DNA of 64,000 bases, taken from positions 63,169 to 127,168 of the forward strand of contig JBQNAI010000005.1 of NCBI GenBank assembly GCA_052170555.1, in the 5' to 3' direction. This DNA is from Bacteroidales bacterium (lineage in GTDB: Bacteria > Bacteroidota > Bacteroidia > Bacteroidales > P3). The stretch's first letter is position 1, and each line of letters opens with the position of its first letter. Of this stretch, positions 1 to 10,158 are shown piece after piece. A program made the translations under genes and the position numbers. The notes below the pieces were generated by a model, which saw only the letters and a program-made list of their open reading frames with translations, searched no databases and was not told the DNA's origin.

Positions 1-54
1 TTTTGAGTGTAACATTATTTCATGTCTGTCAGACTGCAATATAAAGCCAAACAC

Positions 55-552
55 CTAAGATCTTCTTTTCAGAACTAAGAATTGATATTGCAAATTACTT
101 TTTTCATCTGTAAAAATTTCACTTTCGTCTTCTTGTATCCATTCGTCATCATTGATTGTCGGGAAGAAAGTATCGGCATCTGCATAAGTGTGAAAAACTT
201 TTGTAATATAAAGTTTGTCTACTAATGGTAAAAATTCTTTATATATTGTTCCACCACCAATAATAAACACCTCTGTTTCGTAATCAAATAAACGTCTTAC
301 TTCTTCTATACTACTGACAACTTTAACTCCCTCTAATACAAAATTTTTATTACTTGTTATTACTATATTTTCACGTTTTGGTAAAGGTTTTATTTGTAAA
401 GAGTCCCATGTTTTACGCCCCATAACTACCGGATGCCCTTTGGTAGTATTTTTAAAGAAAACCATATCATCATGAATATGCCATAACAAACCGCCACCAC
501 GACCTATTGCACCATTTTGAGCAATTGCTACTATTATACTGAATTTATTCAT
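55..552 (-). CDS. folA: dihydrofolate reductase
   Basis: 165-aa ORF with IVAIAQNGAIG N-terminus, GRKTWDS and IGGGxIY motifs typical of DHFR. It lies directly downstream of thyA on the same strand. Confidence 0.93.
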   Translation of the reverse strand: MNKFSIIVAIAQNGAIGRGGGLLWHIHDDMVFFKNTTKGHPVVMGRKTWDSLQIKPLPKRENIVITSNKNFVLEGVKVVSSIEEVRRLFDYETEVFIIGGGTIYKEFLPLVDKLYITKVFHTYADADTFFPTINDDEWIQEDESEIFTDEKSNLQYQFLVLKRRS

Positions 553-601
553 CGTTTATCTCCATTATGTAATATTTATTTGTCATCAATAATCAAATAT
601 A

Positions 602-1396
602 TCACACAGCAACATCCGCTTTGATATGCGGATGAAACTGATAATTCTCTATGACGATATCTTCTGCCTTGAAATCAAAAATATTTTTTATATCAGAATT
701 AAGTTTCAATGTGGGTAAGGAATAAGGTTCTCTTGACAATTGCAATTTTGCTTGTTCTATGTGGTTAGAATATATATGAGCATCTCCAAATGTATGAATA
801 TAATCTCCACATTTCAATCCTGTAACCTGAGCTACCATCGCTAGCAATATACTATAAGATGCGATATTGAAAGGTACACCAAGAAAAATATCGGCTGAAC
901 GTTGATAAAGTTGAAGTGAGAGAGTGCCGTTCGCAACATAAAATTGAAACATGCAATGACAAGGAGGTAAAGCCATTTGTTCTATCTGGGCGACATTCCA
1001 TGAGTTGACAATCAGTCGTCTTGAATCAGGATTGTTCTTTATTTGATCCACGACCTCGCTTATTTGATCTACAAATCTACCATTGTCAGCATCCCAATGG
1101 CGCCATTGGTGACCATAAACAGGACCCAAGTCTCCGTTTCTGTCAGCCCACTCATCCCAAATTGTAACTCTATTATCATGAAGATACTTTACGTTAGTAT
1201 CACCTTTTATAAACCAAAGCAATTCATAAATTATACTCCTAATGTGTAATTTTTTTGTGGTTAGCAACGGAAACCCAGCATTCAAGTCAAATCTCATTTG
1301 ATAACCGAAAATACTTCTCGTCCCTGTCCCTGTCCTATCTTTCTTTGTTGCCCCATTTTTAAGAACGTAATCCAATAAATCCAAATACTGTCGCAT
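602..1396 (-). CDS. thyA: thymidylate synthase
   Basis: 264-aa ORF collinear with ThyA: MRQYLDLL start, RTGTGT, WDEWAD, active-site [16 protein letters not shown]. Confidence 0.97.
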   Translation of the reverse strand: MRQYLDLLDYVLKNGATKKDRTGTGTRSIFGYQMRFDLNAGFPLLTTKKLHIRSIIYELLWFIKGDTNVKYLHDNRVTIWDEWADRNGDLGPVYGHQWRHWDADNGRFVDQISEVVDQIKNNPDSRRLIVNSWNVAQIEQMALPPCHCMFQFYVANGTLSLQLYQRSADIFLGVPFNIASYSILLAMVAQVTGLKCGDYIHTFGDAHIYSNHIEQAKLQLSREPYSLPTLKLNSDIKNIFDFKAEDIVIENYQFHPHIKADVAV

Positions 1397-1436
1397 TTTT
1401 TGTATATATATAGTTTTTAATACGGTAAATATTCTG

Positions 1437-2708
1437 CTAAATAAGGTCTTTACCTATATCTCTTCTGAAATACATCTTATCAAAATCAATTTTATTAATA
1501 TTGTCATAGCATTTATCAAGTGCTTCTACCAAATTATCAGCCAAACATGTAACTGCAAGCACACGTCCCCCATCTGTAACTATATCATTTGTTTCATTCT
1601 CCCTCGTTCCCGCCTGATAAACAATAGCATCTGTCATATTTTCCAGACCATTTATAATTTTATTTTTTTCGTAACTCTCAGGATAACCTCCACTACACAG
1701 CATAACCGTTGCAGCTGTCATAGGATTAACCTCTATGGAGTACTCATTCAAACGCTGTTGTTTAATGAGAGAAAACGCCTTGACTATATCGGAATCAATT
1801 CTCGCAAACACACTTTCACTTTCAGGATCTCCCATGCGAACATTATATTCTATAACATAAGGATCACCCTTAATATTCATAAGCCCGAAAAAGATAAAAC
1901 CTTGATAAGTAATTTTCTCTTTTTGTAAACCTTTTATTGTTTTTTCTATTATATTTGTTTTGACTTTTTGCATAAATGTTTTATCGCAAAAAGGAACAGG
2001 TGAAATACTTCCCATACCTCCGGTATTCAATCCAGTATTCCCTTCACCAATACGCTTATAATCCTTAGCCTCTGGCAATAATATATAATTTTTCCCATCA
2101 GTTAGAATAAAAACACTGCATTCTATTCCATCCAAATACTCCTCTATTACAACCTTATGAGATGCTGAACCAAATTTTTCATTTTTCAACATATCATCTA
2201 GTGTCTCCATTGCCTGATCAAGACTATCCAATATCAAAACACCTTTACCTGCTGCCAAGCCATCCGCTTTCAAAACATAAGGAGGTTTCAATATTTTCAA
2301 GAATTGTTGCCCTTGTTCAATCGTTTCGGTAGTAAAAGTTTTATATTTTGCAGTTGGAATATCATTACGCAGCATAAACTCTTTGGAAAAGTCTTTACTT
2401 CCTTCCAATCTAGATGCCACTTTGTTGGGACCAACAACTACTATATTACTTAATAACGTATTATTTGCAAAATAGTCATTTATCCCATCAACTAATGGCT
2501 GTTCAGGACCAACAACCAATATCTCCACATTATTTCTAAGACAAAATTCCCCAATCTCTTCAAAATCATTTAGTGATATGCAATCTCCATATACCCTCAT
2601 GCCAGGGTTCCCTGGCGAAATAAATAATTTATCAGTTAAACTACTCTTTGCAATTACTCTTGCAATAGAAGACTCTCTTGCCCCGCCTCCCAAAAGAAGT
2701 ATATTCAT
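1437..2708 (-). CDS. purD: phosphoribosylamine--glycine ligase (GAR synthetase)
   Basis: 423-aa ATP-grasp ORF with [10 protein letters not shown]-terminus, GLNTGGMGS and DGGRVLAVT segments typical of PurD. A CAAAGTTA box (reverse complement TAACTTTG) lies 31 nt upstream. Confidence 0.94.
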   Translation of the reverse strand: MNILLLGGGARESSIARVIAKSSLTDKLFISPGNPGMRVYGDCISLNDFEEIGEFCLRNNVEILVVGPEQPLVDGINDYFANNTLLSNIVVVGPNKVASRLEGSKDFSKEFMLRNDIPTAKYKTFTTETIEQGQQFLKILKPPYVLKADGLAAGKGVLILDSLDQAMETLDDMLKNEKFGSASHKVVIEEYLDGIECSVFILTDGKNYILLPEAKDYKRIGEGNTGLNTGGMGSISPVPFCDKTFMQKVKTNIIEKTIKGLQKEKITYQGFIFFGLMNIKGDPYVIEYNVRMGDPESESVFARIDSDIVKAFSLIKQQRLNEYSIEVNPMTAATVMLCSGGYPESYEKNKIINGLENMTDAIVYQAGTRENETNDIVTDGGRVLAVTCLADNLVEALDKCYDNINKIDFDKMYFRRDIGKDLI

Positions 2709-2739
2709 ATTATAACAACGTATTTATTGATTTCACAGT

Positions 2740-2747
2740 GCAAAGTT
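2740..2747 (-). promoter_or_regulatory. Bacteroidota sigma-A -7 box (TAACTTTG) for purD-thyA-folA
   Basis: Exact match to TAnnTTTG on the minus strand, 31 nt upstream of the purD ATG. Confidence 0.6.
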
Positions 2748-2916
2748 ATGAATTTTTGTAAAATTTCTATAATATCACAATGATAATATTCGAAAAATTC
2801 AACAGTAACTCAATTAAATAACAATTATTTTTCTATATCAAGATTTTTTTTCAACATAATATTTATATTGCCATCGCAATTGGCTCAAAATTATTATACT
2901 TTATTTAAATATTTTG

Positions 2917-2924
2917 TACCTTTG
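2917..2924 (+). promoter_or_regulatory. -7 box TACCTTTG
   Basis: Exact TAnnTTTG match, 76 nt upstream of the ORF starting at 3000. Confidence 0.55.
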
Positions 2925-2999
2925 TGCTCCTGGATAGATTAATGACAATAATCTCCTAACAAATCCATAATCGTTATTACACATAAAATAAAAAAATAC

Positions 3000-3515
3000 A
3001 TGACATTACGCAAACAACTATCTCAAAAAATAGGACTTTTTGAAATAAAATTTCTTTGCAAAAAAGAATCAAAAGAAAAAATCTTTTCTTTGATTTTTGA
3101 CAATGAGCAAAAAATTTCTCAAAATGCAACATGGATACTAACACATTTACCAAAAAGTGAAAATAAATGGATAAATAGTAAACGTGATCTACTGATTGAT
3201 AAAGCTATGTGTAATAATAATACTACAACAATAAGATTGTACTTAACGCTTTTAAAACGCTGTCACTTTAAAAAAAGTGAGATACGAACAGATTTCTTAG
3301 ATTATTGTCTTAAAAATGCAAGTGATTTGAATAATTCTGCGTCTATACAAGTTCTTTCAATGAAACTAGCCTATAAACAATGTATTAATTATATAGAACT
3401 ACTCAAAGAGTTACAAGAACGATTAAACTTGCTTGAGGCAAACACCTTTTCTCCCTCAATAGCTAACCAAAGAAAAAAAATAATCGGAAAAATAGAGAAA
3501 CAACTACAACATTAG
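3000..3515 (+). CDS. hypothetical protein (Lys/Asn-rich, helical)
   Basis: 171-aa ORF with its own TACCTTTG box. No family recognised. Confidence 0.45.
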   Translation: MTLRKQLSQKIGLFEIKFLCKKESKEKIFSLIFDNEQKISQNATWILTHLPKSENKWINSKRDLLIDKAMCNNNTTTIRLYLTLLKRCHFKKSEIRTDFLDYCLKNASDLNNSASIQVLSMKLAYKQCINYIELLKELQERLNLLEANTFSPSIANQRKKIIGKIEKQLQH

Positions 3516-3586
3516 ATAGTCTAATATTATATACAAAAATAATCGTTCCAATTAACAACTAATTTTCTTTAACTGACAACTACTGT

Positions 3587-3635
3587 TTACTAATACATAA
3601 TTATCTTTCTATGGAAGATAATTATGTATTAGTAA
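3587..3635. terminator. 21-bp perfect inverted repeat between convergent genes
   Basis: ttactaatacataattatctt (3587-3607) is the exact reverse complement of aagataattatgtattagtaa (3615-3635), with a 7-nt loop. It sits between the stops at 3515 (+) and 3647 (-). Confidence 0.6.
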
Positions 3636-3646
3636 TAATTTATTGT

Positions 3647-4441
3647 TTATCGTTCAATATTAGTTACCTGATTGTACCCTTTTATCAAACCTCTATCGGA
3701 ACGTTCCATAAAAGTTGCAATAATATTGGTATACTTATTTTGTTTGCGAGTTTTTATTTCTTCCAAAGCATGAGAGTATGTCAAACCTTTCTGGAATACC
3801 GTACGATAAATATCTTGTATTTCATTAATATCCTCCTGAGAAAACCCTCTACGATGAAGACCTACTGAATTGATACCACAATATGATGCTGGCTGTTTAC
3901 CAACTTTCACATAAGGTGGGACATCTTTATCAAGTAATGTTCCTCCTGACGTAATAGCATGTTGTCCTACGTGAACAAATTGATGAATAGCTGTAAAACC
4001 TCCTGTAATTACGAAATCTTCTATTTCTATATGACCAGCCAGTGTGGTATTATTAGCAAGCACGCAGTTATTGCCTACAATACAATCATGAGCTACGTGA
4101 ACATAAGCCATGATTAGATTATTGTTCCCAATTTTTGTCGTACCCCTAGCCGCAGTTCCTCTATTTATCGTAACAAATTCACGAATCGTGTTGTTATCAC
4201 CTATCTCAACAGTAGTATATTCATTGTCAAATTTCAAATCTTGAGGTATTGCAGCAACACTTGCACCTGCAAAAATTCTACAATTACATCCTATCCTTGC
4301 TCCTGGAAATATTACTGCACCACTTCCTATATAAGTATTATCACCTATTACGACGTCTTGATGTATTACAGCAAATGGGTCAATTATCACATTATTGCCA
4401 ATCTTAGCATCAGCATTTAAGTAATATAATTTATTATTCAT
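3647..4441 (-). CDS. lpxA: acyl-ACP--UDP-N-acetylglucosamine O-acyltransferase
   Basis: 264-aa ORF built of hexapeptide (left-handed beta-helix) repeats plus a C-terminal helical domain. It is downstream of lpxC-fabZ. Confidence 0.88.
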   Translation of the reverse strand: MNNKLYYLNADAKIGNNVIIDPFAVIHQDVVIGDNTYIGSGAVIFPGARIGCNCRIFAGASVAAIPQDLKFDNEYTTVEIGDNNTIREFVTINRGTAARGTTKIGNNNLIMAYVHVAHDCIVGNNCVLANNTTLAGHIEIEDFVITGGFTAIHQFVHVGQHAITSGGTLLDKDVPPYVKVGKQPASYCGINSVGLHRRGFSQEDINEIQDIYRTVFQKGLTYSHALEEIKTRKQNKYTNIIATFMERSDRGLIKGYNQVTNIER

Positions 4442-4514
4442 GATTTTAATATGTATGTTGTATACCGTTAGTTGCTAATTTGAGACATAATATACGATAT
4501 ACAATGACGGATTA

Positions 4515-5894
4515 TTACTTTGTCACCATAGCCATTAGAGTTGCCTCTACGCAGACTTTACTACCGACATAGGCAGTTCCCTTCATTTGGATAATACCCC
4601 TACGAATTGGTCCCACCTGTTGCAATTTCAACAAAATAGTATCACCTGGAACAATCTTATTTCTAAACTTAACTTCCTCAAATTTCATAAAATAAGTATT
4701 ATAGTGCTCATCCTCTTTAGCATCTTTCAAAACAAGCATTCCTCCTGTTTGCCCCAATGCCTCAACGACTAATACACCAGGCATAACCGGCTCATCAGGA
4801 AAATGACCATTAAAAAAATCTTCATTTCCCGTAACGTTTTTCAATCCAACTATATAATCCTCTCCAACCTCTATGATTTTGTCTATCAAAAGCATCGGAA
4901 AACGATGAGGAAGTCTCTTGCGGATTTCCATAATATCAAATACCGGTTCCTTATTCGGATCATAAACGGGAATATTATTAGCCATATCCATATCTTTTTT
5001 TATTTTTTTTGCAAAATCCGTGTTATTCGTATGTCCTGGACGGAGAACAATAAAGCGTCCTTTAATATTAGGGCAAGCAACAGCAATATCTCCTAAAAAA
5101 TCCAATAATTTATGTCTTGCAGGCTCATTATTATACTGCAATTTTACAGTATTAATGACGCCATGTTCTACTTCAATGTTATCTTTATCCTTATTAAAAA
5201 ATTGGGCTATCCTATCTACAGTTTCCGTTGTCAATGGTTTGTCTGCAAATACAATAGCATTATCTAAATCTCCCCCTTTAATCAAATTATTATCCAACAA
5301 AAAACCTATTTCAGACAACAAAACAAAAGTTCTACAAGCGGCAAAATCACAATTAAACTCATCCAAATTTTTAATTTCCGCCATTTGAGTACCGATCAAG
5401 TCCGAATTAAAATCTATTGTGGAAGTAACGCTGAACGTATCTGAAGGTAAAGCAAAATATTCACTCTTACCATCTTTGGATAAATAATGAATCGGACGTC
5501 TTATTTCCAAATACTTTTTATCTTTAGAGAGCTCCTTTGTACCAACCTTATTTATCAATTCAACCCAATATTTCGCACTACCGTCCAAAATGGGAATTTC
5601 CTCTCCATCAACTTCAATCCTTAGATTATCTATTTGGTTGGCAAACAATGTAGCCATAAGGTGCTCAATCGTAGAAACACCCACTCCACTTGAGGAAACA
5701 GTTGTCCCTCTCTCGGTATTAGTCACATTTTCTGCTACAACCCTAATGATAGGACAACTCTGCATATCTGTTCTCACGAAATAAATACCCTCGTCCTCTT
5801 TAGCAGGACACAGTCTTACCTTGGTGATCTTACCTGTATGCAATCCCCTGCCCTCTGTACCTATTATATCGTTTATTGTCTTTTGTTTCGTCAT
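4515..5894 (-). CDS. lpxC-fabZ: bifunctional UDP-3-O-acyl-GlcNAc deacetylase / 3-hydroxyacyl-ACP dehydratase
   Basis: N-terminal LpxC region (KQKTI..GRGLHTGK, HTNN) fused to a C-terminal FabZ hot-dog domain (LPHRFPMLLIDKI, GHFPDEPVMPGVL). I moved the start to M14 (MTKQKTI) because a TACTTTTG box at 5904-5911 lies inside the longer ORF. Confidence 0.9.
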   Translation of the reverse strand: MTKQKTINDIIGTEGRGLHTGKITKVRLCPAKEDEGIYFVRTDMQSCPIIRVVAENVTNTERGTTVSSSGVGVSTIEHLMATLFANQIDNLRIEVDGEEIPILDGSAKYWVELINKVGTKELSKDKKYLEIRRPIHYLSKDGKSEYFALPSDTFSVTSTIDFNSDLIGTQMAEIKNLDEFNCDFAACRTFVLLSEIGFLLDNNLIKGGDLDNAIVFADKPLTTETVDRIAQFFNKDKDNIEVEHGVINTVKLQYNNEPARHKLLDFLGDIAVACPNIKGRFIVLRPGHTNNTDFAKKIKKDMDMANNIPVYDPNKEPVFDIMEIRKRLPHRFPMLLIDKIIEVGEDYIVGLKNVTGNEDFFNGHFPDEPVMPGVLVVEALGQTGGMLVLKDAKEDEHYNTYFMKFEEVKFRNKIVPGDTILLKLQQVGPIRRGIIQMKGTAYVGSKVCVEATLMAMVTK

Positions 5895-5903
5895 ATTGGT
5901 TTG

Positions 5904-5911
5904 CAAAAGTA
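5904..5911 (-). promoter_or_regulatory. -7 box TACTTTTG for lpxC-fabZ
   Basis: Exact TAnnTTTG on the minus strand, only 9 nt upstream of the ATG at 5894. This implies a very short leader. Confidence 0.55.
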
Positions 5912-6145
5912 CGTATTTTTTCTTGTTCAACAATAATTTATCAAAACTTTTTTTATTTCATAAGAAAAATACGCAGTATTACATTTCTATTTCACCAGTA
6001 TTTCTGCTACATTCTGCCTGTCATCTAATGAAACCTTTCTTTCATCTACCAAGATTATTTTGTTTGATTCTTTGCTAAGATAATAAATTAGCTTAAGTTT
6101 TAGCTCTATATTATAAAATTTTCATTCCAATAGAGATTATATAAA

Positions 6146-6204
6146 ATCCTTTTCAAAAAAGAAAAAAGTATTTCTTGACATTAGTGAATTCTTTCTTGAC
6201 ATTA
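6146..6204 (+). repeat. intergenic mosaic repeat (modules M3 + 2x M2)
   Basis: atccttttcaaaaaaga (6146-6162), tttcttgacatta (6171-6183) and aattctttcttgacatta (6187-6204). The same words recur at 17299, 23131, 28193, 35348. Confidence 0.7.
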
Positions 6205-6517
6205 ATTCATTTAGTTGATTAAATTAAAAATCCATCCATCACAACCATTTAATAAATATGACATATAGTTTTCGTTATTAGAAATAGAAATGCAATAGCA
6301 CTGAAAAAATTATCATTCCATGATTATATCCAAAATATATTCTTACAAGAGTTGTTCTGAGATCCTCAAAAATATTTGTGTTCCTACGAGTGTTAAATAG
6401 TACTTTATGAAAAATATAAAAACAAATTAATAAAACAATTTCATTATCTACGTGATGATAATATCCTTTCTCTCATCCGAACAAAATCATTCTATGACAG
6501 TAAAAGTAATATAATAA

Positions 6518-7141
6518 AAAAAAACTACAACTTTTAAGAAGTATGTCCCATATGGCTACGAGGCTATGTAAGAAAACCCTCCCAAGATAATTTTCTTACA
6601 TAGAACTTCTTTATGTGGCAATAATTAAAATAAGGTCCTTCGCTATAGATCGTCACGCACAATAGATGTGGGATACAATGTATATACTATCACAGTAACT
6701 CCTCAAATGATATGACAGAGCATGGAAACATATAAAATCAATAATATCTTAGAATGTATGAAATCAAATTACAATCTAGATAGTAATCACATCTATGTTA
6801 TTGGCACAAGTTTAGGTTACTATGAAACTTTGCATTTTGTGAGTACATCTTATAACAAAATTACAGCCATTATGACTATCCACCAAGGAACCACTCTTAC
6901 AAGTTATGATGATGTAAAAAACATACACCCATGAATATTACACGGATACAAAGACACTGATATGCCATTCAAACATACACAAAGTGTTGTAGACAATTTA
7001 AAATCTCAAGACAAAGATAGATGCCTTAGATATTAGATTATCAAAGGAGAGACACATAATTCTATCCATAAGACCCACTTGTGAAAAAAAACGTACGAAT
7101 GGTACTTTTTCACAATCTTACCGACTCAATCCATCCTATAA
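6518..7141 (+). pseudogene. decayed alpha/beta-hydrolase (esterase / PHB-depolymerase-like) gene
   Basis: A single reading frame gives KKYVPYGYEAM*ENPPKIIFLHRTSLCGNN*...*QSMET...IYVIGTSLGYYE...IHP*ILHGYKDTDMPF...LRY*IIKGERHNS...*KKTYEWYF. It retains a GxSxG elbow, an HGxxD segment and a GxxH segment. The frame is interrupted by in-frame stops at 6569, 6626, 6713, 6932, 7034 and 7082. The 5' boundary is approximate. Confidence 0.75.
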
Positions 7142-7274
7142 ACATGAAATTACTCCATAACAACAAAAAATTAAAAAAAAATACCTATGAAGATATGTCC
7201 CACAATGCTCCAAAACCAACAATAAGAAAATAACTCTAATATATTAATCTACACAAATATACTTATTAACATCC

Positions 7275-8672
7275 TCAATAACCTAATATTTTCAACATGG
7301 ACTTATGCGACTGTTCCTTTGCAAATAATTTTGTTGTCCAATTACCATTTTCATCCTTATCTAAAATGACATGTTTGGGTTGAGGAATCAAACAATGTTG
7401 AATACCCCCATACCCCGATAAAGACTCTTGATAAGCACCTGTATGAAAAAATCCTATATATAAAGGCTCCCCGTCATCATTCTGAAATTTAGGCAAAAAA
7501 ATTGCGTTAGAATGAGTCTCTGCTGAATAGTAATCTTGTGAATCACAAGTAAGACCACCCAAAAAAACCCTCCCATATTCGTTATTCCACTTGTTAATGG
7601 GCAAAAGAATAAATCTTTGACCTATTCCCCATGTGTCAGGTAATGTAGTTATGAAAGAAGAATCTATCATATACCAAACCTCACGGTCATTTTGTCGTTT
7701 TTGATCTATAATAGAGTAAAGAACACAACCAGCTTCCCCAACGGTAAAGGAACCAAACTCTGTAAAAATGTTAGGCTCCTTTACGCCATTTTTATTGCAT
7801 ATATCTTTAATCTGAGCTAATATTTCTTCCGCCATATATTCGTAATCATACTCGAAACCCAAAGAGTTTTTTACAGGAAAGCCTCCACCAATATTCAAAC
7901 TATCCAATTCAGGTGCTATTTTCTTTAATTCACAATATACATTAACACACTTGCCCAATTCACTCCAATAGTATGCTGTATCTTTTATCCCAGTATTGAT
8001 AAAAAAATGGAGCATTTTGAGTTTAAATTTACAATTGTTTTGCAACTTTGCTTTATAAAAGTGTATAATTTCATTATAACGAATACCAAGTCTAGAAGTA
8101 TAAAAATCAAATTGTGGAGCCTCTTCCGTTGCAATACGAATACCAACATTACATTCTGTGTTAACAAAGTCATTCATAGCATCCACCTCCTCTATATTAT
8201 CTATAATAGGAATAATATTACAAAAACCGTCATCAATCAACTTTCCTATATTCTCTATATACTGAGGACGTTTGAAACCATTACAAATAATAAATTGTTC
8301 CTTGGTTATTTTACCCTGGTTATATAATTCTTCTATTATATTGATATCAAAAGCCGATGAAGTTTCTATATTAACATCATTTTTCAACACCTCTTCCAAG
8401 ACAAATGCAAAATGAGATGATTTTGTACAGTAACAATAATTATAAATACCTTCATAATCTACTTTGGCACGAGCAACATTAAACAGACGCGTACCTTTTT
8501 GAATCTGAGATGAAATTTTTGGCAAATAGGTCAACTTTAAAGGTGTTCCATATTGCTTAATAACATCCATCAGAGGAATATCATGAAAATTTAATTCTTC
8601 ATCTTCCACCGAAAATTCATCTTGTGGAAATTCAAAAGTTTGCTCAACAAGATCTATATACTTATTTTTCAT
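7275..8672 (-). CDS. fold-type III PLP-dependent decarboxylase, probably arginine decarboxylase
   Basis: 465-aa ORF with YGTPLKLTYLP N-terminus, NIGGGFPV and GLTCDSQDYY motifs of the Orn/DAP/Arg decarboxylase family. Its size matches the short Bacteroidota arginine decarboxylases. Confidence 0.65.
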   Translation of the reverse strand: MKNKYIDLVEQTFEFPQDEFSVEDEELNFHDIPLMDVIKQYGTPLKLTYLPKISSQIQKGTRLFNVARAKVDYEGIYNYCYCTKSSHFAFVLEEVLKNDVNIETSSAFDINIIEELYNQGKITKEQFIICNGFKRPQYIENIGKLIDDGFCNIIPIIDNIEEVDAMNDFVNTECNVGIRIATEEAPQFDFYTSRLGIRYNEIIHFYKAKLQNNCKFKLKMLHFFINTGIKDTAYYWSELGKCVNVYCELKKIAPELDSLNIGGGFPVKNSLGFEYDYEYMAEEILAQIKDICNKNGVKEPNIFTEFGSFTVGEAGCVLYSIIDQKRQNDREVWYMIDSSFITTLPDTWGIGQRFILLPINKWNNEYGRVFLGGLTCDSQDYYSAETHSNAIFLPKFQNDDGEPLYIGFFHTGAYQESLSGYGGIQHCLIPQPKHVILDKDENGNWTTKLFAKEQSHKSMLKILGY

Positions 8673-8746
8673 CCCTTATTTAAACCTATCTTAATTATGT
8701 TACTTTACTATATTTTATATGATCCATACGATTCATTTACAGCTTG

Positions 8747-8754
8747 CAAAGGTA
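8747..8754 (-). promoter_or_regulatory. -7 box TACCTTTG
   Basis: Exact TAnnTTTG on the minus strand, 74 nt upstream of the start at 8672. Confidence 0.55.
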
Positions 8755-8984
8755 TAACTATTTTAGTTACTACACAATTTTTCAGACAATTTAATATAAC
8801 CCAATATTATGTTTCACATCCCAAATACATATAATTTTAACCATTCTTTCAGATAGTTACTAACAAACAATATATTAAAATACTATACTTCTTAAACCAT
8901 ATCAATAATAAAGAAAGGAAACAAACTTTTTATAATTAAAAATAATAACTAATAATATATTTCGTACTTTTAGAACCATTATCC

Positions 8985-9052
8985 TAAATTAATCTCACAC
9001 TTTATTTTTCCAAAGTCCCTCTTTATTTTATTAATCTCTCACTTTATTTTTA
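8985..9052 (-). repeat. intergenic M1 repeat cluster (three units, minus orientation)
   Basis: aatctcacacttta, aaagtccctctttatt and aatctctcacttta. Positions 9012-9042 are 29/31 identical to the reverse complement of 41707-41737. Confidence 0.8.
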
Positions 9053-9090
9053 TTATATGCCATCTTCAATCACATATATCACAAAACACA

Positions 9091-9121
9091 GAATAGTATC
9101 ATACTAAATACGATGCTATTC
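9091..9121 (-). terminator. hairpin terminator after the glycosyltransferase gene
   Basis: gaatagtatc / gatgctattc form a 10-bp stem (one G-U pair). On the minus strand it is followed by tgtgttttg. It lies 23 nt past the stop at 9144. Confidence 0.5.
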
Positions 9122-9143
9122 ACAAAAGTTACAGGACATATTT

Positions 9144-10157
9144 TCATTTAATATCACCTACTATCTGATGAAATAAATCTTTGTGCAGAATCTTTGAAGT
9201 TAATACCAAACTTTTTCTATAAACTTGTGAAGGATAATTTTTTACATTAGAATTTCGTTTTTGAGCAAAAGAATCTCTTAACCTCATGAATTCCCTTCTT
9301 GCTTTCAATACAGCCTTAGACTCCAATTTAGATGAAGTTAAAAGAAAAACAAATGCCGCCAATAAGTCTAAACATTTTCTTCTTCGCATAACTTTCGACA
9401 ATTCTTTCTCAGGAAGATTTTTGTATAAAAGTAATAGATTATTGCGAAAATTAAGGAAAGTCTTCTGAGGAGAAAGTTTATTCAATGTCCCTCCACCATA
9501 ATGATAAACCTTACTTGTAGGACAATACATAACTTTATATCCCATATTTTTTGCCCTCCAACAAAAATCTATCTCTTCCATATGGGCAAAAAAATCTTCA
9601 TCTAGACCATTCAATTCATGAAATATCCTACTCTTAACAAACATTGCAGCACCTGTCGCCCAAAATATTTCTCGCACATTATTATACTGACCATTATCTT
9701 TCTCTAATTTCTCAAAAATTCTTCCTGCACAAAAGGGATAACCCAAATAATCTATATACCCACCCGCTGCTCCTGCATATTCAAACTTTTCTTTATCTGT
9801 GTACGATAATAATTTAGGTTGGCAAACAGCTATCTTTTTATCTTGTTCCATCAATTCTATGACAGGAGATACCCAACCGTTAGTCACCTCCACATCGTCG
9901 TTTAATAGAATATAGTAATCAGCTGATATTTGCCTTAATGCTCTATTATATCCACCTGTAAACCCATAATTCTTATCCAAAGCGATAATTTTAACAGTAG
10001 GAAATCTCATTCTAAGAAAACTTATAGAATCATCAGTAGAACCATTATCTGCTATATATATATCGTATTCAGAAGAAAATCTCACAACGGAAGGAAGATA
10101 TTGCTCCAACAATCTCCGTCCATTCCAATTCAGTATAACAATAGCAACAGATAACAT
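9144..10157 (-). CDS. family 2 glycosyltransferase
   Basis: The N-terminus from MLSVAIVILNWNG carries the GT2 signature, followed by ADNGSTDDS and LNDDVE (DxD). I chose the start at M15 so the gene abuts the stop of the upstream gene (10159) instead of overlapping it by 41 nt. Confidence 0.85.
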   Translation of the reverse strand: MLSVAIVILNWNGRRLLEQYLPSVVRFSSEYDIYIADNGSTDDSISFLRMRFPTVKIIALDKNYGFTGGYNRALRQISADYYILLNDDVEVTNGWVSPVIELMEQDKKIAVCQPKLLSYTDKEKFEYAGAAGGYIDYLGYPFCAGRIFEKLEKDNGQYNNVREIFWATGAAMFVKSRIFHELNGLDEDFFAHMEEIDFCWRAKNMGYKVMYCPTSKVYHYGGGTLNKLSPQKTFLNFRNNLLLLYKNLPEKELSKVMRRRKCLDLLAAFVFLLTSSKLESKAVLKARREFMRLRDSFAQKRNSNVKNYPSQVYRKSLVLTSKILHKDLFHQIVGDIK

Positions 10158-10158
10158 A

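Noticed and set aside
3611-3868. 85-aa plus-strand ORF
   Set aside because: It starts inside the loop of the 21-bp hairpin and runs antisense through the 3' end of lpxA. Composition is typical of antisense translation of an AT-rich gene.
4587-5784. Several 60-120-aa plus-strand ORFs (4587-4772, 4803-5096, 5020-5388, 5590-5784)
   Set aside because: All are embedded antisense in the well-supported lpxC-fabZ gene. The same reasoning applies to the antisense ORFs inside thyA, ffh, tilS, porU, porV, gldJ, feoB, parC, the ABC-F gene, pepO, the hydrogenase-like gene, eno and the activase gene (e.g. 62248-62529).
6518-7141. Stop-codon reassignment or programmed read-through as an explanation for the in-frame stops
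   Set aside because: All three stop codons (TAA, TGA, TAG) interrupt the frame, and the same codons terminate the neighbouring conserved genes at their expected ends. Decay is the simpler explanation.
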